Assembly (NCBI GenBank): GCA_938041455.1
Contig: CALITO010000021.1
Location: 11,909 to 75,908, forward strand
DNA from: an uncultured bacterium
GTDB lineage: Bacteria; Armatimonadota; JACIXR01
DNA: 64,000 bases
Direction of reading: 5' to 3'
Position 1 is the stretch's first letter; the number at the start of each line of letters is the position of its first letter. The translations under genes and the position numbers were made by a program. The notes under the pieces are model-generated. The model did no database searches. It had not been told where the DNA came from and saw only the letters and a program-made list of their open reading frames with translations. This document shows, one piece after another, positions 36,857-45,939 of the stretch.

Positions 36857-38148
36857 GTCTTATCTTCCCCTTTTGGTTTATCTATTATCTGTCCCAATTC
36901 CCTGAGGCGAGCCTGGATTTCCTTCACATCTACCTGTCGAGGGATGATTCCTTTCTGGCTAGCGATTGCACCGGCGATTCCCCCTGCTGTCCCTATTGCT
37001 ATAGATGTTGGTTGGATACGAAGGGAGGCCATAGCCTCCTGGCTTGCGGAGATACATCTTCCCACTACCAAAAGATTGTCCACCCCCTTGGGCAAAAGGG
37101 ACCTATAAGGAATGGAATAAGTAGGAACTTCTCCCCATCGTCCTGTAACCTCTTTTAGATCCTTGCTCTTCTTTTGGTAATGTATATCTATGGGATAATT
37201 ACAGAGGGCTATTCTATCCTCGAACGTCTTTCCCTCTAAGAGGTCTTCTTCTTTCAATATATAATCCCCTATTATTCTCCGCGACTCCCTCACCCCAATG
37301 TGTGGGCCGGAGCTGATGAGCCTTACTTTGAAACCTTTATCAAGGAGTTCTTCCAGTTGCTCTTTAATCTCTTTTCTTCCTTCTATTTCCGCTTCCGTCA
37401 GTTGGAATGGGTCAAGTGGGTTAGCTGGTATCCTCGTTTGATTGGCGAAAACCCTAAAGGGGTCCATTCTCCAAACTGCTCCATAGTTCCGCCAAAGGGG
37501 AGGCCAGCCATTCCTCCACCATAATATATAGCAAAGTGTAAGGGGCATTATCTTGTCCTCGGGCGATATCTCATAGGGGGCTCCTGCGGCAACCGCTATA
37601 TCTGCGTCTCCCGTTGCATCTACGAATACCTTTCCTTTAATTAGCCCGATGCCTACCTCAGGATGATGTATAAGTATAGCCTTTATTCTTTTACTTTCTT
37701 TTACAACACCAAGAGCCCAGGAGTTTAAGAATAAAGAGACCCCGCTTTCCTTACACATCTTGTAGAGAACTACTTTCATAACATCTGGGTCATAAGCGTT
37801 GCCTTTGAGTCCCTGTTTTTCCCGCAATTTCTCCCTGATTTCATCGTATAATCCACCAACTACATCCTGACCCATAAAGAGGGAAACGCCCATAGAGGTG
37901 CCTGCCCCACCAAGGAAATCAAATCTCTCTATTAATATCACCTTAACTCCTTGCCGAGCGGAGGCTATCGCGGCGGCGGAGCCGGCGGGTCCACCCCCGA
38001 TTACCACCACATCGGCTTCCTCCTCAAAAGAAATTTTCAATGGGTGTCCTCTCATCCCACGGGGTTTGGAAAAGGAAGGAAACAAAAGATTTACCTCAGT
38101 CGCTATGGTAAGAGAAGCAAGCAAGGAGAGAAAAAGTGGTATTTTCAA
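36853..38148 (-). CDS. Secreted FAD-dependent oxidoreductase (FAD_oxidored-like, PF12831-type)
   Basis: 431 aa. A signal peptide is followed by the dinucleotide-binding motif DVVVIGGGPAGSAAAIASARQGVKVILIERFDFLGG. Confidence 0.65.
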   Translation of the reverse strand: MKIPLFLSLLASLTIATEVNLLFPSFSKPRGMRGHPLKISFEEEADVVVIGGGPAGSAAAIASARQGVKVILIERFDFLGGAGTSMGVSLFMGQDVVGGLYDEIREKLREKQGLKGNAYDPDVMKVVLYKMCKESGVSLFLNSWALGVVKESKRIKAILIHHPEVGIGLIKGKVFVDATGDADIAVAAGAPYEISPEDKIMPLTLCYILWWRNGWPPLWRNYGAVWRMDPFRVFANQTRIPANPLDPFQLTEAEIEGRKEIKEQLEELLDKGFKVRLISSGPHIGVRESRRIIGDYILKEEDLLEGKTFEDRIALCNYPIDIHYQKKSKDLKEVTGRWGEVPTYSIPYRSLLPKGVDNLLVVGRCISASQEAMASLRIQPTSIAIGTAGGIAGAIASQKGIIPRQVDVKEIQARLRELGQIIDKPKGEDKT

Positions 38149-39314
38149 TCTCCGCTCAACTCCTTTCCCAAATCGCTACCTTTCACTGCGTGGGGGGATA
38201 ATCCGCTTTTCAAAGACAGAGCGGATAAAGTGCCCAAAGCTTTTCCTACCTCCCAGGAAAGTCCTATGCTTTCAAGCCAGGCTACCCCCGGGCGGAGGGG
38301 TAACTTGTCCCCAAAGGTGAAGATGAGGTTCCCCAGTTGGCGGGATAAGAAAAATTCCTTATCCAATTCTACTTCCTTGCTCTCCCACTTCTTTATCCCC
38401 AGCTGGGAGTGCATCGCGAAAATCGTGCCCTTCCCCCTGGCTATGGGATGCCTTACCTTTTTACCTTCTACGGCATCGGATAAATAAAGGCTCCTATAAG
38501 TAGGAGGATAGCGAAGGGGAGCGAATGTGCTAAAGGGAGCGGTAGCAAGGGGATGGAAATTATCAACCAGCGTCTCGGTTAATTCTCCGGCTCGTTGAGA
38601 AAATTCTAAGGGGGAGGTTGTGCCTTCCCGCAATAGGAGTAGCCTGCAGTATCTTTCCTCTCTCTGGGGCGATTCCTGATAGAGGAGAAGGGAACGAGGC
38701 AGAGGGGAGATTAAATTTTCTGTAAGGGTTATAAATCCCCTACTTTCTATATAGGGGAAAGGGCGAGAAGTGAGAAGAAAGGGAGAAGTGGCTTGAGCAA
38801 AGGGGGTAGCATCTATGAGTATCCTACATTCTATGGCGAATATTCCTCCTTTACTTATGAAAATTACTCCCTTTACTTTGTTATTTTCGACCATCACATC
38901 AACTGGTTTACACCAGAAAAGGAGAGGAAGACCTTTTTCCTTGCATAAATCCTCAAGAGCGGTTTTGAGCCTTTCAAGATGAGCGAAGTGGTCGTCCAGC
39001 ACTCCTTTCTCATAGAGGAGGGAATGGAGTTCTTCTCCTATATCCATCTTATCCCAACTATAGCTAACCGCCTCATAAGAGGCAGTTAGTGCTCCTCCTA
39101 AAAAACCTTTGTCTTCTACCAGCATAACATCAACAGCATGGGACTTAGCGGAGATAGCAGAGGCTATGCCTGACAAGCTCCCTCCCAAGACGAGTATATC
39201 TACCTTCTTTAAGGTGGGTATTTCTGCACTCATCTTTTCCACGGGCATCCCTTCTTTAGTATTTGTTATTAAGAAAGCCAAAAGTAGGAAGGTAAAAAGG
39301 GGCAATTTTTTCAT
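38145..39314 (-). CDS. Secreted FAD-dependent oxidoreductase, a paralog of the downstream gene
   Basis: 389 aa. A signal peptide is followed by VDILVLGGSLSGIASAISAKSHAVDVMLVEDKGFLGG. It overlaps the paralog by 4 nt. Confidence 0.6.
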   Translation of the reverse strand: MKKLPLFTFLLLAFLITNTKEGMPVEKMSAEIPTLKKVDILVLGGSLSGIASAISAKSHAVDVMLVEDKGFLGGALTASYEAVSYSWDKMDIGEELHSLLYEKGVLDDHFAHLERLKTALEDLCKEKGLPLLFWCKPVDVMVENNKVKGVIFISKGGIFAIECRILIDATPFAQATSPFLLTSRPFPYIESRGFITLTENLISPLPRSLLLYQESPQREERYCRLLLLREGTTSPLEFSQRAGELTETLVDNFHPLATAPFSTFAPLRYPPTYRSLYLSDAVEGKKVRHPIARGKGTIFAMHSQLGIKKWESKEVELDKEFFLSRQLGNLIFTFGDKLPLRPGVAWLESIGLSWEVGKALGTLSALSLKSGLSPHAVKGSDLGKELSGD

Positions 39315-39369
39315 ATTAAATAATTATGTTTGATCGAGGATTAGGGGTCAATGTATTGTATGCTACTTA

Positions 39370-41040
39370 CTATGGTGAGGGGACTCTCTTACCCCACAAG
39401 ACCTTCGCGAAATCTGCTATAAGGTCATATCTCTGAAGCCAAGTGGTATACATAAAGCCGAGCACATTTTTGTATTTTTGGGAAAGTTTCCCCCATTGTT
39501 GGACATCCTCTACATTAGGGGCATCATAATAGCAAGCGATTAGCACCTTGAACCCCTCTTTGGAGAAAAACTCCAAGCTTTCTTCCCTTGGTTCGCCGCC
39601 CCATACAGCCATAACTAAATCCTTCGGAACATATTTCCAAGAGCCTGTGAAATCGCCTTCCACAAGATAATAATCCTTCCTTGCATTATGATTGGGGTCA
39701 AACATATCCGACCATACATAGATTTCCGCCTTTGGATTATATTTTCTAAGAATGTCAACTTGTTTGGTGACGCATTCTCCCAGAAGTTTTGCCATATCTT
39801 TACCAGAGCAAGCGGAACAGGTGCCCCCCATTCTAACCTCATCCATATTCAGCAACACCTTTTTATACTTCAGAGTTTCCCACAACAACTTCGCCTCGTG
39901 TTCGAAGATTTCATAAACTTCTGGCTCTGCCATACAAACCGTTACCTGCCATTCATAAATAATCATTGGATGATACCAACTTACCCGTAGTCTTTGTCCA
40001 TCTTTTATGCGACTATTTGGAAGGATTTTGATCTTCGGATATGGTCTATCAAAACTGCGGAAAGCAAAACCGGGGTCAACCAGTGGTTCATAATCCTTTC
40101 CCTCTTCATATTTTTCTCCAGTTTCCTCATCCTTCACGACTATAGGCGTGCCGGGACGTCTTAGCACATTTAACGGACCTATTTCCTCAATCGTCCAGTC
40201 ATCTAGCCAGAACTTGCCCGACTTAGCTCCCCAAACACCCGCATAAACACGAACCTTTTTGAACTCCAAACTATTAAAAATCATCGTTAGTTTCATCCAA
40301 TCAGCTGTGGCTGGAATATTAAAAGTTAGCGGTGCCAAGTCTCTATTGTCCGCTAAGACCAGCATATTGAAACATCCCTGGGGTTGAAGATCCTCAGTCT
40401 TCACCCATATACTTAAGCGATAACATCTATATGGCTTAAGAGAGATTTCCTGCATTACACGACCGTGCCCATATGGATTAGCGGTGAAATTCTCAAATCT
40501 TATGGAGGCATTCCCGCTCCTTTTCACTTTTTCATCTACGAAGCTTACCTCTCCGGGTTGATCATGAAAACCGAAACCTTTGAAGACATTGCCTGTGAAC
40601 TCTTCAAAGTTTCCGTTAACGATTTCCACATAGGAATCAGGAACAAAGGTGGCTTCTCCTCCCTGGACTATGAAGAGGGCATCTTTTACCGGCATCCCCT
40701 CCGCAAGATACCTATTATGTTCTAAAATACCCCCTCCATAGCCTATGGAGAAAACAGAGGGAATCAATTCGAGTTTCAATCGGTCACAGTAGTTCTTGAG
40801 TTCTTTGAGATTTTCGAAATACAACTTGTCCTTTTTACATAATGAATCGAGCCCTGCAGAAAGGACGACCCCGTTATAATTGTTTTCTTTAGCTTCTTTT
40901 AAAATGTTTTTTATCTTCTGCAGTTCCTCTTCTTTTTGCAAGTCAAACCCGAAAATCCATATGAAACGGTCCCTTGCACTCTGGCAGAAGGAAAAGTTCA
41001 CGAGCAAGAGAATGTTAAAAATAATAACTAAACTCTTCAT
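39370..41040 (-). CDS. Secreted carbohydrate-active protein with a central CBM4/9-like carbohydrate-binding module
   Basis: 556 aa with a signal peptide. The segment NGNFEEF...RSGNASIRFEN...W has a CBM_4_9-like signature. The flanking regions are of unknown catalytic type. Confidence 0.4.
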   Translation of the reverse strand: MKSLVIIFNILLLVNFSFCQSARDRFIWIFGFDLQKEEELQKIKNILKEAKENNYNGVVLSAGLDSLCKKDKLYFENLKELKNYCDRLKLELIPSVFSIGYGGGILEHNRYLAEGMPVKDALFIVQGGEATFVPDSYVEIVNGNFEEFTGNVFKGFGFHDQPGEVSFVDEKVKRSGNASIRFENFTANPYGHGRVMQEISLKPYRCYRLSIWVKTEDLQPQGCFNMLVLADNRDLAPLTFNIPATADWMKLTMIFNSLEFKKVRVYAGVWGAKSGKFWLDDWTIEEIGPLNVLRRPGTPIVVKDEETGEKYEEGKDYEPLVDPGFAFRSFDRPYPKIKILPNSRIKDGQRLRVSWYHPMIIYEWQVTVCMAEPEVYEIFEHEAKLLWETLKYKKVLLNMDEVRMGGTCSACSGKDMAKLLGECVTKQVDILRKYNPKAEIYVWSDMFDPNHNARKDYYLVEGDFTGSWKYVPKDLVMAVWGGEPREESLEFFSKEGFKVLIACYYDAPNVEDVQQWGKLSQKYKNVLGFMYTTWLQRYDLIADFAKVLWGKRVPSP

Positions 41041-41789
41041 AATCCTGCCCTCCTTGACGACCCCGCCCCACTTGGAGGGGGAAGGGATAGATGTTTTTGT
41101 CTATTATATAGTATTTCTGCCTTCTTCAACTCCACCTCCGCGAAGGCTCTCTCTCCAAGTTTCTCATAAGCGACACCTAGATGATAGCGCAGTTCCCAAT
41201 TATAAGGATTCTCTGCCACAGCCTTTTTTAAGAGCTTAAGCCCCTCCTCAACTCGCCCTGTCTTCACATAAGCCCAACCGAGACTATCTAATATCTCGGG
41301 AGTGCGGACCTTCCTTACCGCTCTTTCCAACATTTTCACTGCTTCCCCTAAATTCTTATTTTCTTCAACCCAGATATAGCCGAGGTCATTCAGCGCATAG
41401 GGATTTGAAGGGTCTAATTCCAGTGCCTTTTGGAGGATTTCTTCTGCTTCCTCTAATTTTCCTTGTAGATAAAGGCATTGTCCGAGAAGATAATAGGTAG
41501 TAGAAGATGGAAACTTATTCGCTAGTTGGCGAATGAATTTTTCGCCTTGCTCCCCTTTTTCTCTGACGAGGAAAAGTCTCCCTATTTCCAGAAGTATCTC
41601 TGGCTTACTTCTTGCGTTCTCCAGCGCCTTTTGGAACTCCTTTTCCGCCTTTTCTTTGTCTCCTCGGAAAAAATAAAACCGTCCTAAGGCCAAATCTCGC
41701 CATTCCCGGGGAGGATAAGAAGTAAGGAAATGATGGATGCTCAATACTAAACAAAGGAGGATAATAAAGAACAAAAAGTTACCCCTCAT
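41037..41789 (-). CDS. Membrane-anchored TPR-repeat protein
   Basis: An N-terminal TM segment is followed by multiple TPR motifs (AEKEFQKALE..., LEEAEEILQKALELDPSN...). Confidence 0.6.
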   Translation of the reverse strand: MRGNFLFFIILLCLVLSIHHFLTSYPPREWRDLALGRFYFFRGDKEKAEKEFQKALENARSKPEILLEIGRLFLVREKGEQGEKFIRQLANKFPSSTTYYLLGQCLYLQGKLEEAEEILQKALELDPSNPYALNDLGYIWVEENKNLGEAVKMLERAVRKVRTPEILDSLGWAYVKTGRVEEGLKLLKKAVAENPYNWELRYHLGVAYEKLGERAFAEVELKKAEILYNRQKHLSLPPPSGAGSSRRAGL

Positions 41790-42633
41790 ATCTTACCCCC
41801 GACACAATTCTCTCTATTTTGAGCAAATCTTTGAAAACTTCCACATCCTCAAAGCCGTTCTGAATGAAAATCTCCTTTACCCTTTCGCTCTGTCCTTCTC
41901 CCACTTCCAAAATTAGGTATCCTCCGGGGAGCAAAATCTCCCTCGCCCGAGAAACGATGAGCCTTATTATCTCTAAACCATCCTCTCCCCCATCTAAAGC
42001 TTCCATTGGCTCATAGAGGCGAATTTGGAGGGGTAGACGAGGGAGCTGATAGGTTGGTATATAAGGGGGGTTGGATATGATGGCGACCGCCTGGGGAAGC
42101 TCAGCGTTGGAGATGTCAGCCCTGCGGAAGATTATTCTACTTCCCACTCCGTTCAGCCTAGCATTTCTTCTCGCTAAGGCAATGGCTTCTCTGCTGATAT
42201 CTATGCCGATTAGGGATAATCCGGGGCAGAAACGTGCCAAGGCTATGGCAATTGCTCCCGTCCCCGTTCCCATATCTATCACAATCCCCTTTTTATCCCT
42301 TAGTTTCTTTATTGCTACTTCTACTAATATCTCGGTCTCTGGGCGAGGGATAAAGACACCCCGCCTTATTTCCAGGGTGAAATCCATAAAGTAGTGATAA
42401 CCAAGTATATAGGGTAGGGGTTCAAATCTTTTTCTCCGATTGATGAGAAATCTATAATACGCGAGGATTTGGGGTAGGATAGGCTTATTATAAAGGAGGA
42501 GCAAGCCGGAATGTGACCGATAGGTGGCGTGTTGAAGGAGTAAACGAGCGGAGAGGACGGGCTCGGGCACTGCAGATCTTTTTAAAACCAGAGAACCCCA
42601 AATAAGTGCCTTTCTAAATGTCAAGGTTTTCAT
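41779..42633 (-). CDS. prmC: Release factor glutamine N5-methyltransferase PrmC (HemK)
   Basis: IISNPPYIP carries the NPPY motif and DMGTGTGAIAIA is motif I. It follows prfA directly. Confidence 0.9.
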   Translation of the reverse strand: MKTLTFRKALIWGSLVLKRSAVPEPVLSARLLLQHATYRSHSGLLLLYNKPILPQILAYYRFLINRRKRFEPLPYILGYHYFMDFTLEIRRGVFIPRPETEILVEVAIKKLRDKKGIVIDMGTGTGAIAIALARFCPGLSLIGIDISREAIALARRNARLNGVGSRIIFRRADISNAELPQAVAIISNPPYIPTYQLPRLPLQIRLYEPMEALDGGEDGLEIIRLIVSRAREILLPGGYLILEVGEGQSERVKEIFIQNGFEDVEVFKDLLKIERIVSGVRYEG

Positions 42634-43709
42634 CAGGACTGGGTAATTTTTTTAGCATTTGCCTTCTCATTAAGAGCGAGGGCCTCTATTATCTCGTCCA
42701 AGTCTCCATCGAGCACGTCGTCAAGACGGTGAATAGTCAAGCCTATCCGATGGTCAGTGACCCTATTTTGAAGGAAATTGTAGGTCCTTATTTTTTCACT
42801 TCTTGCTCCCGTCCCTATTTGCGCTCTTCTTTGAGTGGCGAGTTCTTCTTCCTGTTTTTTTCTCTCTAATTCGAAGAGGTGAGCTCGTAGGGTGCGTAAG
42901 GCTCTTTCCTTATTTTGGAGCTGGGAGCGTTGGTCCTGACACATCACCACTATTCCCGTGGGGATATGACGAATTCTCACAGCGGTTTCGTTTTTCTGCA
43001 TATGCTGACCTCCCGGACCAGATGAGCGGAAGGTCTCTATCTCCAAATCCTCTTCTTTTATCTCCACCTCCACTTCCTCAGGCTCTGGCAAAACCGCAAC
43101 AGTAGCGGTAGAGGTGTGAATTCTTCCCCCGCTTTCCGTCTCGGGAATTCTCTGAACCCGATGAACACCACTTTCATATTTCAACCTACTATAAGCTCCC
43201 TTTCCCTCCACGGTGATTATAGCCTCCTTGTAACCGCCCAAGCCGGTTGTATTGGCGTGGATTATCTCCGCCTTATAGCCGTGTCTCTCCGCATAACGAA
43301 GGTACATCCGCACAAGGTCGGCGGCGAAAAGCGCCGCCTCTTCTCCTCCCGTTGCAGCCCTTATCTCGATAATGGCGGTTCTATCGGCGTAGGGGTCGGG
43401 GGGAAAGACCAACTCCAAGAGTTCCCTCTCCAACTTCTCTCTTTCTATCCGCAGCCTCTCTATCTCCTCCTCCGCAAGAGGATGGAGGTCTGGGTCACTC
43501 AAGAGTTTCTTCATATCCTCTTCTTCCTCAAGGTTCTTTTTATATCTCTCATAGCGTGATACTATCTCCTCCAACTGGGAGAGGCGCTTGGATAACTGTC
43601 CTATCTTCACCGCATCGGAGGCGACCTCCGGCTTTGCCATCTCTTCTATTATCCCCTCGTATTCCTCCTTTATTTCTTCTATTTTCTCTATGACCTTAGC
43701 CTCAAGCAA
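42633..43709 (-). CDS. prfA: Peptide chain release factor 1
   Basis: The GGQ motif lies in SGPGGQHMQKNETAV. The region YESGVHRVQRIPETESGGRIHTSTATVAVLPE aligns to the RF1 PxT anticodon loop, here with PET. The gene is paired with prmC. Confidence 0.9.
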   Translation of the reverse strand: MLEAKVIEKIEEIKEEYEGIIEEMAKPEVASDAVKIGQLSKRLSQLEEIVSRYERYKKNLEEEEDMKKLLSDPDLHPLAEEEIERLRIEREKLERELLELVFPPDPYADRTAIIEIRAATGGEEAALFAADLVRMYLRYAERHGYKAEIIHANTTGLGGYKEAIITVEGKGAYSRLKYESGVHRVQRIPETESGGRIHTSTATVAVLPEPEEVEVEIKEEDLEIETFRSSGPGGQHMQKNETAVRIRHIPTGIVVMCQDQRSQLQNKERALRTLRAHLFELERKKQEEELATQRRAQIGTGARSEKIRTYNFLQNRVTDHRIGLTIHRLDDVLDGDLDEIIEALALNEKANAKKITQS

Positions 43710-44562
43710 TTAGCACTACCTCCTTGAGTGCGGTTATGGCTACTTCCAATTGCCTTTTGTGGGGTGATTTAGTCGTTATTCGCTGAAGTAATAAGCCGGG
43801 AGCAAGGAAAAAAGAGAACCGCTCATCCCGCCAGGCAAGATATACTAACTCAAAGGCTATGGGTAGGGCAAAGGGCAATATGAGTGTTTTGAGAAGGATA
43901 CGAGTGAAAAAGGGAAGATATTGAAAGGGCAAGTAAAGGAAGAAGAGGAGAAGCAAAATAAGGGCGAAAAGGGTGGTTCCACATCTTGTGTGAAGTTGTG
44001 GATAACCATCGACCTCCTCGGGAACCATTTCTGCCCCTTTTTCAAAAGCATTTATCGCCTTGTGCTCCGCCCCATGGTATTGAAGAAGCCGCTCACCCGC
44101 AGGAAACAAAGAAAGCACCAAGACATAGAGAATTAGCAAGAAGATGCGGAGGAGGGTTTCAGACAAGGTCATAAGGACGAGAGAATAAGGAAGCAATAGG
44201 TGGGATAAGAAATCGGGGAGGAGAACGAGAATCACGAAGCCCAGAAGCAGATTCGGAACAATTTTGAGAAGTAAATTTCTATCGCACAAAGGTTCCGAGC
44301 TCTCTTCTTCACCAGAGGAAAGTCTGTTGGCTATAAAATAAGCTCGGAGGGATATCCCTAAGGAAAGGACGAAGGCAAAGATTCCCCTCAAGAAAGGGAA
44401 GCGGGAAATTGGTCCCATTTGGGGCAGGGCTTGGGCAGTTCCGAATGCTTCCTTATACACTACAACATCTTCTCCCCTTCGGCAGGCGACGGCGTAGCCG
44501 AAGGGTGAAAACATCATCACTCCTTCCCATACTGCGGAACCACCAAGAAGAAAATTGCCCAC
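43702..44562 (-). CDS. Conserved polytopic membrane protein (DUF1385-like), a common neighbour of rpmE/prfA
   Basis: 286 aa with multiple TM helices. The family assignment comes from memory of the conserved rpmE-DUF1385-prfA-prmC gene order. Confidence 0.4.
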   Translation of the reverse strand: MGNFLLGGSAVWEGVMMFSPFGYAVACRRGEDVVVYKEAFGTAQALPQMGPISRFPFLRGIFAFVLSLGISLRAYFIANRLSSGEEESSEPLCDRNLLLKIVPNLLLGFVILVLLPDFLSHLLLPYSLVLMTLSETLLRIFLLILYVLVLSLFPAGERLLQYHGAEHKAINAFEKGAEMVPEEVDGYPQLHTRCGTTLFALILLLLFFLYLPFQYLPFFTRILLKTLILPFALPIAFELVYLAWRDERFSFFLAPGLLLQRITTKSPHKRQLEVAITALKEVVLIA

Positions 44563-44570
44563 CTAATCCC

Positions 44571-44741
44571 TCACTCTCTGTCTCTCGTGGCTTCTTCCTT
44601 GTATAACTGGGAGAATATAGGATGGCAGCGCCAGCACTGGTTCACCCTTATCTCGGGTTTGGTGGAAATCGTCTTAAAAGTATATCCACAGGCGCAGATA
44701 ACCACCGCTGGCACATATTTGGGGTGAATATCCTTCTTCAT
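44571..44741 (-). CDS. rpmE: 50S ribosomal protein L31 (Zn-ribbon type), 56 aa, absent from the ORF track
   Basis: Reverse-strand translation gives [65 protein letters not shown] and the CxC...CxxCHP zinc-ribbon signature match L31. The stop is a TGA at 44571-44573. Confidence 0.8.
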   Translation of the reverse strand: MKKDIHPKYVPAVVICACGYTFKTISTKPEIRVNQCWRCHPIFSQLYKEEATRDRE

Positions 44742-44768
44742 TTAGGCACACCTCTTATTTTTTATAAA

Positions 44769-44797
44769 ATTATACACAAAATAGTCCCTCTTTTCAA
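44769..44797 (-). promoter_or_regulatory. Sigma70-like promoter for rpmE (-35 TTGAAA, 17-nt spacer, extended -10 TGTGTATAAT on the minus strand)
   Basis: The reverse complement reads TTGAAAagagggactatttTGTGTATAAT and lies ~25 nt upstream of the rpmE ATG. Confidence 0.5.
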
Positions 44798-44834
44798 ACA
44801 CTTGTGAAAAATCGCTTCTTCTTTTTAACTTCTG

Positions 44835-44862
44835 TTGAAGTAATTGGGAGATTAATTATAAT
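44835..44862 (+). promoter_or_regulatory. Sigma70-like promoter (-35 TTGAAG, 16-nt spacer, -10 TATAAT) for the esterase-htrA operon
   Basis: Read directly from the sequence. The RBS AAGGAGG precedes the ATG at 44887. Confidence 0.5.
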
Positions 44863-44886
44863 GCTTTTAAAAAAGGAGGAGCAAAG

Positions 44887-45939
44887 ATGAAAGAGGAGGA
44901 ACTCAAAAAGTTATCACCTTCTTACTTCCATCTCCGGATGATGGAGAGGGCACCAAAATCCCTTGCTTTTTCTCCAGATGTTGATTTCCCCCGATGGCAG
45001 GGAAAGTTAAGGAGAAAGTTGAAACAACTGTTGGGACCGATTTACAAGGAGGAGGGACCAGTTGAATACGAGGTTTTGGAGGCTGAGGAGAAGCAAGAAT
45101 ATTCCCTCAGGAAAATTGCCTTCTATAACACACCTGATGTTTTGGTCCTCGCTTATCTCTTAGTGCCTAAGGATGGTAGAGAGAAATACCCCGCTATGGT
45201 CTGTCTTCAGGGGCATACACCCGGTGCTCATCTCTCGGTGGGAAGGGTTTACAACAAAGAGGACGAGGAGAATCTCGCTAATGATAGGGATTTTGCCATC
45301 CAGGCGGTAAAAAATGGTTATGTCGCCTTGGCTATGGAGCAGAGGGCTTTTGGAGAGAGGCAGGAAAAATTACAGGAGATGAGAGCCCCTCATACTTGCC
45401 ATGACGCAGTTATGCATGCTCTTATGCTGGGACATACCTTCACTGCGGAGAGGATAGCGGATGTGATGCGAGGAATAGACCTCCTATATCAACTTCCCTT
45501 CGTTGACAAAATGAAGATAGGATGTATGGGAGAATCAGGTGGTGGAACGGTGACCTTCTACGCCTCCTGTATAGAGCCGAGGATAACCCTGTCCGTCGTC
45601 ATCTGCGCCTTTTGCACCTATGAGGACTCTATAATGACAATATATCACTGCGCCGATAATTATATACCTAATGCCCTCCTCTACTTTGGAGAGGAAGATT
45701 TGGCTGGTCTAATAGCTCCAAGACCATTTGTGATTGTGGCGGGTGAGCAGGACCCTATTTTCCCCATCCAGGGGGTGAGGAAAGCTTATGAGAAAGCGAA
45801 GTTGATTTATAAAAAGGTAGGGCATCCCCAGAATATAGAGCTTGTTGTAGGTCCTGGGGGGCACCGTAATTATGCTGACCTCGCCTGGCCAGTGATAAAC
45901 AAGCTTATGCTTATGAAACCGGCGAAGGAAGATCGATGA
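44887..45939 (+). CDS. Alpha/beta-hydrolase-fold esterase (acetyl-esterase / dienelactone-hydrolase-like)
   Basis: 350 aa. The nucleophile elbow is GCMGESGGG (GxSxG), and the C-terminal D/H region is present. Confidence 0.55.
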   Translation: MKEEELKKLSPSYFHLRMMERAPKSLAFSPDVDFPRWQGKLRRKLKQLLGPIYKEEGPVEYEVLEAEEKQEYSLRKIAFYNTPDVLVLAYLLVPKDGREKYPAMVCLQGHTPGAHLSVGRVYNKEDEENLANDRDFAIQAVKNGYVALAMEQRAFGERQEKLQEMRAPHTCHDAVMHALMLGHTFTAERIADVMRGIDLLYQLPFVDKMKIGCMGESGGGTVTFYASCIEPRITLSVVICAFCTYEDSIMTIYHCADNYIPNALLYFGEEDLAGLIAPRPFVIVAGEQDPIFPIQGVRKAYEKAKLIYKKVGHPQNIELVVGPGGHRNYADLAWPVINKLMLMKPAKEDR

